The notes under the pieces were generated by a model. It was not told the DNA's origin. It did no database searches and saw only the letters and a program-made list of their open reading frames with translations. From the NCBI RefSeq assembly GCF_009914755.1, contig NC_060926.1: a DNA stretch of 64,000 nucleotides; one strand, given 5' to 3'. This DNA is from the human T2T-CHM13v2.0 reference genome, Homo sapiens. Positions 41,494-53,844 of this stretch are shown piece after piece. The stretch's first letter is position 1. Each line of letters begins with the position of its first letter. The position numbers were made by a program, and so were the translations under genes.

Positions 41494-41916
41494 TAGCGAT
41501 ATGTGCAGATGATGGAGGCTCTGTAGCTCTTTCTACCAACTAGAATAACTAAACTCTAAAGAAGTAACTTTTCAGGAGAATTTGAACCATAATTGTCACT
41601 AACAATAATTATTTTACACAATAGATGGAGTTTGTTATTTGCAACTTCTACATGATGTTTTAAGAAAATTCTTTCTTTTCATTTAGCACCTCATTGTTGG
41701 TTTAAATAAATGCAAAATAACCGCTCATTTCCAGAAAGTTGGCAATAATGAATAGAGAAGTAATTCTGAATGTTAAGCAATAATATCCATATTTAAAATC
41801 TGTATAAAACACTATCCTTAATTGTTTTCCAGTACAAGACAAGACATCAATCAATTAACTAAACAAAATAACAGGATATGCAAACCTCATTGAATGTATT
41901 TTAGTTTAGATAAAAT

Positions 41917-41974
41917 TCTACTAAAGGTAATTATATAATATATTATCTACTAAAGGTAATTATATAATACATTA
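41917..41974. repeat. 29 bp tandem duplication
   Basis: tctactaaaggtaattatataata(t/c)atta x2, one mismatch. Confidence 0.92.
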
Positions 41975-44024
41975 TTTAGAGTTGTGGTAAATAAACTGTA
42001 GAAGCACAGAAAAGTAAAGATTGTAAAAGTACACGTTAGCAGAGCCTATCAAGGAATTCTCCAGGAATATAAAAATATGGTAAAACAATCTACAAGGACA
42101 TATCTCTTGAAGATGTTGATGTATCAATACATTTGAATATAATTCCATTTATAGTTACAAAGATATATTACTATATATTTTTTCTTTCTATGTTTTAATC
42201 TTCTAATTATAACTTGACTTCCCAGGAATGTCCACTTAGAGAAAGAATAAGTGAAGCTGACTTTATTATTCCTCTTAATCGGTGGCGATATATCTTATTG
42301 AAAAATGAGAAGTTGCCTTTCTGATTTACATTTCAACCTCTGGGATGTTGTTTAATGTAATTCTGCCATGGAATAATGAATTTAGTTTTGTTTTGCTTAA
42401 CAGTTAAATTGAGAAGCTTCTTTATTAGTGGATTCATGTCAGCAATGCTACCCTGTAAGGTCCACGATGAATGCCCAGCAGCTATCCTTTCCTGACGAGT
42501 CTCAGATAAGTTCTTACATTTCTTTTCATTAAGCTATTCTATTATCATTAATTTTCACTACTTAGTGAGAAAAGTCAAATGTCAATTTTGGAACCTTTGA
42601 TGTATGCTTATTCTGTAGAAAGACACAAAAATAGTTCAACAGAGAAAATGAGCACAGGCAATAACAGACATATTTTTCTATACTTTTGTAAACTTATTTT
42701 ATAGAAAACAAGTGTTTTATTGTTTTTAATTGCAGGAGTATAACAGTAATTCATGTTCATGTATTAATATTTTAGAGCAAGTATGATAAGGAAAACACAA
42801 GGTAATAATCACGAATAATTCTAATTTCAGAGATAAATTGTGATCTACACATTTCAATATATTGTGCATAATGTTGATTAATATGGTTGCATTATATTCC
42901 AGAAAGAAAGTGAAATGTATTAATTATGAAATTCTCTCATTTATTTTATTATTCTTTTATGTATTATTCTCTGTAAGCTTATAAATCTGCTTCTGTTATC
43001 TAATGCTGTTAATATAAATAACATTTTAAAGGTTATTATACATACAGTAGAAAGCCTTCTAAGTGACTTTTAACTAACTTGACAGGTTACTGCTTTCAAT
43101 TATCTTGAAATAAGTACAGACTAATGCTCAAACTGAATATTTGCAGCTAATGAGCTACCCTTTCATCTGCATGTGTACTTACATTTTTGGTATGGAGTTA
43201 ATCGCATTTGTGTCCAAACCAGTTATTTCATTTATACATGTTTTTATAACTACACAATTTAATTAAAACTAACCAAGCTAATGAAATAAGTGTGAAAGAT
43301 ATATCTTTGATAATATTGTTGAATAATTCAAAAACATGGTAAATTCAAATAATCAATAGAAACGTATTTAATTATTGGTAGGCATATCATCTATAAAGAA
43401 TCACAGGAATTTGAAAAGCATCCCTGAGATTTTTTGAAAGCTGCTTTAGCACACTTTTAAGGCTTTGGTATTAGAATTTGCAGCCTACATACAGAAGTAT
43501 CATTTTCATGTGAAGAAGAAGAGAGAGAAGAAACAAATCAGCAAGAGTAGGCTGCAATCTGTTCTGTATATTCAAGGAACCCTTACATGAAGAAACAGTG
43601 TTGTTCCTACATCTGAGCTGTCTTATAAACATAGCTTGTGCTTTTGCTTAAAATAAAACTGTTAAAATAGGAAAGTCAAATACTTGCTCAATTAACCTGC
43701 TGATTAGTGATCGACATCATGTCAGGTAAGAGAGTATTTAGTCATGCCAAACTGTCCTCCAGAAAGTTTGAACAGATGCACACTCCTTGCAGCAGTACAC
43801 AAAATTGTCTGTTTCCCATGCCACTGCCAACTCCCAGCATTGGCATAGTTGAACATTTGTGGATTGCATGAATGAAATAAATTTACATGTATAAATATGC
43901 ATTTTATTTACAATAAAATTTTACATTAAAATAACTGTACAATCATATTCCATTGAATTGCCTATTTATTTCCTTTACTAATGTTTTAATAAGTATTTTG
44001 ATATTTCCTAATATCAAATTTATA

Positions 44025-44120
44025 ATCAATATTTAATTATATTAACTAATTAATATTAATTAATTAATATCAATATTAATTAATTAATATCAATATTAAT
44101 TAATATCGAATTTATATTAA
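44025..44120. repeat. AT-rich 20 bp minisatellite with palindromic unit
   Basis: aatattaattaattaatatc repeated about 2.8 times plus degenerate copies. Confidence 0.85.
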
Positions 44121-44589
44121 AATTTTACAATAAGCTACTTCAGAAATTAATAGTTTATTCTTTATTTTGGAATTTACTTTCTTAAATGTTGATATTGTTT
44201 TAGTTATAAAGGGATGTTTATATTATAAAGTAAATGCACCAGTGTTTTCTGATTTGGTGTCTTGCTTTGAAAGACCTTTGCTGCGACACGCTTATATAAA
44301 TATTAATTCTTATCTACTTCTGTTTCTTTATATTTAAATAACTGATATATCTGTAATTTATTTTAACAAGGTTAACTAATTTTGGAAGTTACTCATTGAA
44401 TTCCTATCTTTCTATTACAATAACATTACAAACAAAATATCCATGAACATTTACATGCACACACACATGCACTTATTTGTCGTGATTGCTCCACTGAGTA
44501 TAATTTTATTGCCAGGCTTTATCATGTTTTTTAATACTGTGAAGTGGGTGGCTTCACATTGCTTTTTATTTTTAATTCATTTCTCGCTA

Positions 44590-45015
<426 letters not shown>

Positions 45016-45346
45016 TTATTTATGTCTTTTACATTAAATATAATATTGATCTTCCTATATATCCTTTTCATTTTATTTTGATTAAATTTATTCTTGGTTA
45101 CATGAATTGTACTTGCTAAAGAATTACTTTATAATTTTTATATTTTCTATGTTAGTTTTGTATTTATTGTTCCAAATTTTAACGTATATTTCATTCATTT
45201 AGATTTTTCAGACATATAATTGTACCACATGCACACAATTAATGAAAACGTTTGTTTTCTTTCTATTATTTATTAGCCATACATTTTTCTTGACAATTTG
45301 CATTAGTTAAACCCTACAAAGCCCCCAAAAACTAATGAAATAAATA

Positions 45347-47766
45347 CAGGCATACCTTTATTGTGCTTCACTTTATTGCACTTTGCAAATACTGTTTTTT
45401 TTTCTTTTTATGAATTGAAGACTTGTGGCAACTCTGCAGCCAGCAAGAGTATCGACAGTATTTTTTTTAAACAAGATATGCAAGATGTGCTCATTTTTTG
45501 TCTCTGTGTCACATTTTGGGAATTCTCACATTTCAAACTTTATCATTACTATTTTATCTGTTATGGTGATCTCTGATTAGTAATCTTTGAAATTACTATT
45601 GTAAATTCTTTGGAAGCACCACAGACCATGCCATATAAGATGGCAAACTTAATTAATAGATGTGCCTGTTCTGACTACTCCACTGATCAGGTGTTCCCGT
45701 TTCCCTCCCTCTCTTTAGACCTCCCTATTCCCAAAGACACAACAATATTGAAATCAGGCCAATTAATAACCCTACAATGGCCTCTCTAGGTGAAAAAAAG
45801 AGTGAAAAAAAGTAGAAAAAGAGTCACAGACCTCTTATTATGAATCAAAAGCTAGAAATGATTAAGTTTAGTCAGGAAGGAATGCCAAAAGCCTAGATAA
45901 GCTGAAAGCTAAACCTCGTGTGATGAACAGCCAAGTGTGAATGCAAAGGAAGAGTTCTTGAAGAAAATTTAAAACGCTACTCCAGTGAATACACAAATGA
46001 TAAGAATTTTTTTAAAAAAGCCCTGTTGCTGATATGGAGAAAGTTTTAGTGGTCTAAATATAAGATCAAAACAGCCACATTCCCTTAAGTCAAAGCCCAG
46101 TCCAGAGCAAGGCTCTAACTGTCTTCAATTCTATGAAGGCTTAGAGAGGTGAGGAAACTACAGAAGAAAAGTTTGAAACTAGCACAGCTTGATTCATGAC
46201 ATTGAAGGAAGAAATCCATCTCCATAATAAAAAATACTGCAAGGTGAAGTAGCAAGTGCTGATGTAGAAGCTGCAGCAAACAATCCAAAAGATGTAACTA
46301 AGGTCATTAAAGATGGTAACTACACAAAACAGCTGCTTTTCAATGTAGATAAAACATTCTAATGGAAAAAGATGCCATCTAAGACTTCCATAGCTAGAGA
46401 GAAAAAGTCAATGCCTTGCTTTAAAGCTTCAAAAGACAGGCTGTTTCTTGTGTTAGGGGCTAATGCAGCTGGTGACTTTAATTTAAAGCCAATGTTCATT
46501 TACCATTCAAAAAAATACTGAGGGCCTTTAAGAATTATGCTAAATATACTCTGTTTGTGTTATATAAATGGAATAACAAAGTCTGGATGACAACTCATCT
46601 GTTTACAGTATGGTTTAGTGAGTATTTTAAGCCCACTTTTGAAACCTACTGCTCAGGAAAAAAGATGTTTTCAATATATTGCTGTTCATTGACAATTCAC
46701 TTTTTCATTCAAAACCTCTGATGAAGATGTACAAAAAGATTAATTTTTTTTGCCTGCTAACAAAACTTTCATTCTCCAGCCTATGAATCAAAAAGTACTT
46801 TCTACTTCCAAGTCTTATTTGACAAGTACATTTTTAAAGCTATTGTTGCCGTAAATAGTGATTCCTCTGATGGATCTGAGTGAAGTAAACTGAAAACCTT
46901 CTCGAAAGGATTAACCATTCTTGATGCCATTGAAAACATTCATGATTCACGGGAAAAGCTTATATTAGCAACATGAACAGGAATTTGGAGGAAGTTGATT
47001 CCAACCCCCATAGATGACTTTGAGGGACTCAAGACTTCAGTGGAGGAAGTAACTGCAGATGTGGTGGAAATAGCAAGAGAACTAGAATTAGAAGTGACAC
47101 CTGAGGAAGTGATTGAATTTTTGCAATCTCGTGTTAAAACTTGAACAGATGAGGAATTGCTTCCTGTGGATGAGCAAAGAAAATAACTTATTGAAATGGA
47201 ATCTACTCCTGGTAATGTTGTGAACATTGTTGAAAGGACTGAAAATATTAAGAATATTTCAAAAACTTAGTTGACAAAACAGTGGCAAGTTTTAAGAGGA
47301 AAGACTTCAATTTTGAAAGAAGTTCTTCTGTGGGTAAGATGCTATCAAACAACATCACATGCTACAGAGAAATCTTTTATGAAAGGAAGAGTCACTCAAT
47401 GAAGCAAATTCATTGTTGTCGATTTTAAGAAATTGGAACAGCCACTCCAGCCTTCAGCAACCACCATCCTGATCAGTCAGCAGCTATTGGTAACAAGGTA
47501 AGATCATCCACCAGCTAAACAATTACCAACTTGCCAAAGGCTCAAATGTTCGTTAGCATTTTTAGCAATTCATTATTTTTAATTAAAGTATGTGGATTGC
47601 TATTTAGACATAATGCTTTGCACACTTATTAGACTACCACAGTGCATAAACATAACTTTTATATGCACTGGGAAATCAAAACAATTGTGTTCCTTTCTTT
47701 ATTGCAATTTTTGCTTCATTGTGGTAGTTTGAAATAGAACCTGCAAATGTCTTTTAGTTATGACTG
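45347..47766 (+). mobile_element. Tigger1, essentially full length (~2.4 kb)
   Basis: TA-caggcatacct ... ttatgactg-TA ends; internal pogo-type transposase remnant. Confidence 0.95.
45777..47144 (+). pseudogene. Degenerate Tigger1 transposase ORF
   Basis: ATG at 45777, then NQKLEMIKFSQEGMPKA-type CENP-B HTH start and LGANAAGDF motif; multiple stops and frameshifts, no long ORF. Confidence 0.85.
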
Positions 47767-47768
47767 TA

Positions 47769-48292
47769 TAGTCAATCCTTTGTAAGAGTTGGTTACACAT
47801 CCATGGATTCAATCAACCATAGATCAAAGATATTGAAGGAAAAAAAAGGATGATTGTGTATGTACCAAGCATGCACAAACTCATATTCATGTCATTATTC
47901 TCTAAGAAATATGGTACATAGTATTCCATGGTGTATATGTGCCACATTTTCTTAATCCAGTTGTGCACATGTACCCTAAAACTTAAAGTATAATAATAAA
48001 AAAAGAATCAAATACCAGAGGGAAAAAAAAGAAAAATTAAGTATCTCTTTAAGATGTTGAGAAATAAACAATCTGATCAAGAAAAAAAAAAGAAATATGG
48101 TACAAAAACCATTTATATAGTATTTTCATAAGACTGGTGTTATAAGTAATCTGAAGTTGAGTTAAAATGCATGGAAAGATGTGTATATGTTATATGTACA
48201 TACTCCACTATTTTATATGCTTGAGCATCTGTGGATTTTTCTATTTGTGGGAGTACTGGAATTGATGCCCTATAGATTCCTAGAGATGACTA
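47769..48292 (-). mobile_element. MER2-like Tigger MITE, split by a young L1 insertion
   Basis: catccatggattcaatcaacc...gtcattattctctaa | ...ttataagtaatct...cttgagcatctgtggatttt. Confidence 0.82.
47919..48089 (+). mobile_element. Short L1PA2-like insertion: inverted ORF2 piece, 3' end, transduced flank and poly(A)
   Basis: Perfect TSD aagaaatatggtaca at 47904-47918 and 48090-48104; tgtgcacatgtaccctaaaacttaaagtataa 3' end. Confidence 0.93.
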
Positions 48293-49849
48293 GGTATTTC
48301 ATAGTATATGTATTCAATGTATATAATTCATAATATACATATTATAAAACACAGTAGTATTGTAGACAGAGTGAAGTCTTCTTTTTCTTTTCTTCCAATC
48401 TTAACACGGTCTTTGTAAGAGACTTCCAAAATAGTGAATATGTATAAATCCTTTAAGCCAAGGTGTACGTATGTATGTATGTGCATATACCAGTGTGTGT
48501 ACATTCTTGAGCAATATGCAATACTATTTTCTGTGTTTTTGTCAATTCTTACAAAATTAGCCAGTGTGTGTTTGTATGTTTTTTCTATTGGCTTTTTTAT
48601 TGTTTTCAAATTTCTATGTTGTAAAATATAGAACTACTTTTTAATGTTATTACTGTATATTATTTATTTAATTAAATGTTACACAATTTAATTTTACTAT
48701 ACTGTGTTGATAGATATATTGTTTATTTCCAAATATTTACTATTACAAAATGCTTTAATTAACATCATTTGACATGATTACTGGTGCATGGCTAATATCT
48801 TGATAGCTTACAAACCCAAAGAATAAAGTACCTCAAGAATACATTCACTCTAAAAGAAAAATGGTACATTAGATTACAGGTCTCACAGGAACAGAAGTTT
48901 TAGAATAAATACATTAATAATTATGAGAAAAAGTGTGCAATTTATAAAAAATAAACAGGTGAATTATTAGATCTAAGCATACAGTAGTTGAAATTGTGTA
49001 TATTAAAGACACATTTAAGAGCAAAGTCATCACAAATAGAAATAAATTAAGAAATGGAAAGAGACTTAAAATTTCCCAAAGATTAAGTGAAACAAATAGA
49101 AAATATAAAAACAAAAGTTATGACAATTGAGAAACAGAATTAGAAGTGCTATTATCCATTTCTAAAGAGTTTTAGAAAGTGGAAAAAATTAAAATGGACA
49201 TAGAAAACTTTTCATAAAATATTTTGCATAATAAATGGATGTCAGTTTTCCATAATTAAAAAACTGGTGAAATAATTCATACTGAAAGATACTTGAGTAG
49301 CAAAGAGAGGGATCCATAAAAGAAACAACATATCTAGACATAATAGTGAAATTTTAATGAATCAATGACAAGGCGAATCCTAAATTATATCAAAGATAAA
49401 ACAGATCAGCTGAAAAGGGATAAAGGTCAAATCAACGTCATTTTTTTCCACAAAAACAATGATTACAGGACAATATTGGGATCATATTGGAAGAAGAGAA
49501 ACAACTTAGAATTTTTTATTCAGCTAGCTGCCATTCAGAAAAAAAGTATATGATAAAAACATTCTCAGGCATATAGGCAGAAGGAAGCTTGCCAAAGAAA
49601 ATAAAGAACATTGAAAATTGTTGGACATGAGTAGAAATAGGAAGAGAGAAGTCCTTTAGATACTATAAAAAATATTTACAAAAATATCATATAATTTGAT
49701 ATTTGTTATCTTTTACCTTTTTTTCTTGAACATTTAAAAAATGTTGAGATAAGTGTAGATTTGCATGCAGTTGTAAAGAAGTAATATAGAGAGATTCTAT
49801 GTAACCTATACCCAGTTTCCCCCTGTGATTAAACAACTACATAATTTTA

Positions 49850-50050
49850 AAAAAATTAAAATACAAGAGGACAATTATTTGCATGGCATTTAAATTGTCT
49901 TAGATATTATAAGTAATTCAAGATGTTTTAAAGTATAGGGAAGAAGTGCATAGGTTAAATACTATATCATTTTATATAAGGGACTTCAGTATCCTGAGAC
50001 TTTGATATCCATGGGGGTCCTGGAACCAATTCCCCACAAATACCAAGGTA
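49850..50050 (-). mobile_element. MER2-family fragment within the L1MC
   Basis: cattttatataagggactt...ggggtcctggaaccaattccccacaaataccaagg. Confidence 0.8.
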
Positions 50051-50666
50051 GAAGGGACACATGTATATAAGTTTTAGGCTTGGCTCTTTAAATTCAGTAT
50101 GTTTCTTTGGCTATTCACCCAGGTTTTTGCATGTATCAATAGTTACTTCCTTTTGGGAGTTGAGTAATATTCTATGGTATGGAAGTCCCACTTGTTTATT
50201 TAACCATTCACTCATTAAATGACTTTTGGGTTGTTTCTAGTTTTGGGCTACTAAGAATTAATTTCTGTAAACATTTATATACAGGTTTTGGTGTGAAAAT
50301 AAGTTTTTATTTCCCTTAGATAATTACGGGAAGTGCAATTTCTGGGTTTTGTGGTTGCTACATGTTTAGTTTTGTTTGTGTATCTGTTTTGTTTTTTTTT
50401 TTTCAGAAACTGGCAAACTGTTTTATAGAGTGGCTGCAACATTTTACATTCTTGACAGCAATCTGTAAGTGGCAGTTTCCTCACATCCTAGTCAGCTTTT
50501 GGAGTTTTTGCTCATTTTTATTTTAGCTATTTTCAGAAGTGTGTTGTAATATTTCATTATGATATTAATTTGAAATTTATGTACAATGTTTATGTGATTA
50601 TTTGCCATCTATATGTCTTTTTTGGCTAAATGTCTTTTCTTGCATTTTTTTCCATGCTTGCTTGTT

Positions 50667-50714
50667 TTTACAGCTGAGTTTTAAGAGTTCTTTACAGCTG
50701 AGTTTTAAGAGCTC
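50667..50714. repeat. 24 bp tandem duplication
   Basis: tttacagctgagttttaagag(t/c)tc x2. Confidence 0.9.
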
Positions 50715-51996
50715 TTTAAATTTTAGTTATTACATTTTTGGATATTTGGTTTAAAAATATTTCCCCCATCTATGAACAAGATTAATCTAAAATTCATCTG
50801 GAAAGGCAAAGGAACTAAAACAGCCAAAAAACTTTGAAAAAAAGGAAGAATAAGTTCAGAGTTTCAATTAATCTAATTTCAAGATGTAATATAATTACAG
50901 TAATCAATGTATGATATTAGTGAAGACACAAGGATGAACAGAATAGGGAATTAATAAAGAGACACACACAAACATGACCAACTGATATTTATTGAAAATG
51001 CAAGCGTAATTTAATGGGGGAAAATAGCCTTTCAGAAAAATAAAAATTAAAAAAACACGCCTTATACAAAATTTAGACAAAATGCATTATGGATGTAAAT
51101 GTAAAATCGAAATTATAAAAATTTTAGAAACATATATCATATAAACATAGGAGACAGTCTTCAGGATCTAGTGATGGGCAAACAGTTCTTAGGCTTGCTA
51201 TTAAAACCACAGTAAAAGAAAACATTGATAACTTAGACTTCATTAAAATTAAATATTTTTCCTCTAAAGAGAAACAACACGAGTAGGAAAAGACAAGCTA
51301 CAGACTCTTATCTTAAAAAAATGTGTAATCAGAAATTAAAAGAGAAATTGTCTCTGTAATCTAACATTTATGATAAAAATACAGATATCAATTCAAATAT
51401 ATGTTTAAAAAAGAATAAACAGATGAAGGTACATGCCTGTGTATATGCATAAAGTAAGGTTAGAGAAACAGTAAGAGAAAATTGCAAAGAGAATAGATCT
51501 TAAATGTCCTCACAACACACAAAAAAATGAATAACTATGTATATCAGTACTACATTAAGTATAAATTGATTAAACAAGTAGAAGATAAAGTTTGACAAAT
51601 TGAATATAAAATATAAATATGAGTTTCTTAAAATAATCATCTCTATAATATAAGTGCATACAAAATTTGAAAATTAAAGGAAGGAAAATATTCAGGTAAA
51701 TACTTAAATGAAATATGGATTATTTGGATCAGCATTAGATAAAATAGACTGTAAGATTGGTTAGGGATGGTGAGGAGCATCATATAATCGTACCAGTGTT
51801 CATGAGAAAAAGTATAACACTCTGATGAAAATTTTCAACCAACAAAATAGCTTCAAATTACAAGTATATGAGAAACTGATAAACCCATTAGCCTACTGAG
51901 AAATCATCAACCAATCACACTTGATAATTAATAGGTTAAGGAAATGTTCAGTTAAATTATAGAAGATCTGAATACCAAAATCAACAGGTGTAGTAT

Positions 51997-53643
51997 TGTG
52001 TCCGGAATTTGGTGGGTTCTTGGTCTCACTGACTTCAAGAATGAAGCCGAGGACCCTCGCGGTGAGTGTTACAGTTCTTAAAGATGGTGTGTCCGGAGTT
52101 TGTTCCTCCTGATGTTCGGACATGTTCAGAGTTTCTTCCTTCTGGTGGGTTCATGTTCTCGCTGGCTTCAGGAGTGAAGCTGCAGACCCTTGCGGTCAGT
52201 GTCACAGCTCTTAAGGCAGTGCGTCTGGAGTTGTTTGTTCCTCCCGTCTGGAGTTGTTCATTCCTCCTGGTGGGTTCATGGTCTCGCTGGCCTCAGGAGT
52301 GAAGCTGCAAACCTTCACGGTGAGTGTTATAGCTCATAAAGGCAGTGTGGACCCAAACAGTGAGCAGCAGCAAGATTTATTGCAAAGAGCGAAAGAACAA
52401 AGCTTCCACAGGTGGAAGGAGACCCGAGTGGGTTGCCACTGTTGGCTCTGGCAGCCTGCTTTTATTCCCTTATCAGGCCCCACCCACATCCCACTGATTG
52501 GTTCACTTTACAGAGAGCTGATTGGTCTGTTTTATAGAGAGCTGATTGATCTGTTTTGACAGGTGCTGATTGGTGCATTTACAATCCCTGAGCTAGACAC
52601 AAAAGTTCTCCAAGTCCCCACTAGATTAGCTAGACACAGAGCACTGATTGGTGCATTTACAAACCTTGAGCTAGACACAGAGTGCTGATTGGTGTGTTTA
52701 CAAACCTTGAGCTAGACACAGAGTGCTGACTGGTTTATTTACAATCCCTTAGCTAGATATAAAGGTTCTCCAAGTCCCCACTAGATTAGCTAGACACAGA
52801 GCGCTGATTGATGCATTTACAAACCTTGAGCTACACACAGGGTGCTGACTGGTGTATTTACAATCTCTTAGCTAGACATAAAGGTTCTCCAAGTCCCCAC
52901 CAGATTAGCTAGATACAGAGTGCTGATTGGTGCACTTATAAACCTTGAGCTAGAGACAGGGTGCTGATTGGTGTGTATACAATCCTCCAGCTAGACATAA
53001 AGGTTCTCCAAGTCCCCACTAGACTCAGGAGCCCAGCTGGCTTCACCCAGTGGATCCCGCTTTGGGGCCGCAGGTGGAGCTGCCTGCCAGTCCCATGCTG
53101 AATGCCTGCACTCCTCAGCCCTTGGGTGATCGATGGGACTGGGTGCTGCTCGTCTGGGAGGCTCGTGCCGCACAGGAGCCCACGGTGGGTGGGGGAGGCT
53201 TTGGCATGGCAGGCTGCAGGTCCCAAGCCCTGCCCCACGGGGAGGCAGCTAAGGCCTGGAGAGAATTCGAACGCAGCACCAGTGGGCCAGCACTGCTGGG
53301 GGACTCGGCGCACCCTCTGCAGCTAGCCCAGGTGCTAAGCCCCTCACTGCCCAGGGCTGGCAGCGCCAGCCAGCTGCTCTGAGTGTGGGCCCTGCTGAGC
53401 CCACGCCCACACAGAACTAGCGCTGGCCCCCAAGTGCTGTGTGCACCCCGGTTCCCGCCCATGCCTCTCCCTCCATACCTCCCCGCAAGCAGAGGGAGCC
53501 CACTCCAGCCTCAGTAAGCCCAGAGAGGGGCTCCCACAGTGTAGCAGCAGGCTGAAGGGCTCCTCAAGCATGGCCAGAGTGGGCACCAAGGCTGAGGAGG
53601 CGCCAAGAATGAGCGAGGGCTGCCAGCACGCTGTCACCTCTCA
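51997..53643 (-). mobile_element. LTR12-family (ERV9) solo LTR, 4 bp TSD
   Basis: Minus strand begins tgagaggtgacagcgtgctggc and ends aattccggacaca; GTAT at 51993-51996 and 53644-53647; U3 tandem repeats. Confidence 0.97.
52459..52975 (-). promoter_or_regulatory. ERV9 LTR enhancer/promoter: CCAAT array, CACCC, GATA, TATA-like AATAAAAG
   Basis: Seven intact ATTGG motifs in gctgattgg-type repeats (52497-52971), ccccaccc ~52478, ttatca ~52470, cttttatt 52459-52466; activity not shown. Confidence 0.7.
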
Positions 53644-53835
53644 GTATTGTATACTTGAAAATTCCTAAGAGACTAGATCTTAAATGTCCTCATCACACAC
53701 ACACAAAGGGATAAGTATATCAGATGATAGATATGTAAATTAGCTTTATTGTAATCATTTCACAAAGTATACATCTATCAAACATCACATTATACAGCAT
53801 AGATATATACAATTTTTATTGCCAATTATATATTA
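53644..53835 (+). mobile_element. L1MA 3' end, host of the LTR12
   Basis: gtattgtatacttgaaaattcctaagagactagatcttaaatg...tatatacaatttttattgccaattata. Confidence 0.8.
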
Positions 53836-53844
53836 GGGAGGTGG

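Larger units (their letters stand above)
49713..51307 (-). mobile_element. L1MC1-like element: antisense 49713-50770, sense (inverted) 50771-51307
   Basis: 3' end ttgagataagtgtagatttgcatgcagttgtaa; strand switch at ~50770; ttatctt flanks both ends. Confidence 0.75.

Noticed and set aside
51480-51545. Similarity to 53660-53720 suggesting a duplication around LTR12
   Set aside because: Both are L1MA 3'-end fragments; LTR12 has its own 4 bp TSD, so no large duplication is needed.
52555-53020. Regularly spaced repeats that superficially resemble a CRISPR array
   Set aside because: These are the tandem U3 enhancer repeats of LTR12; there are no unique spacers or cas genes, and the context is eukaryotic.
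52936-53668. Cluster of overlapping GC-rich ORFs, possible CpG island gene
   Set aside because: Entirely within LTR12 U3; GC-rich sequence is stop-poor and CpGs are largely decayed.
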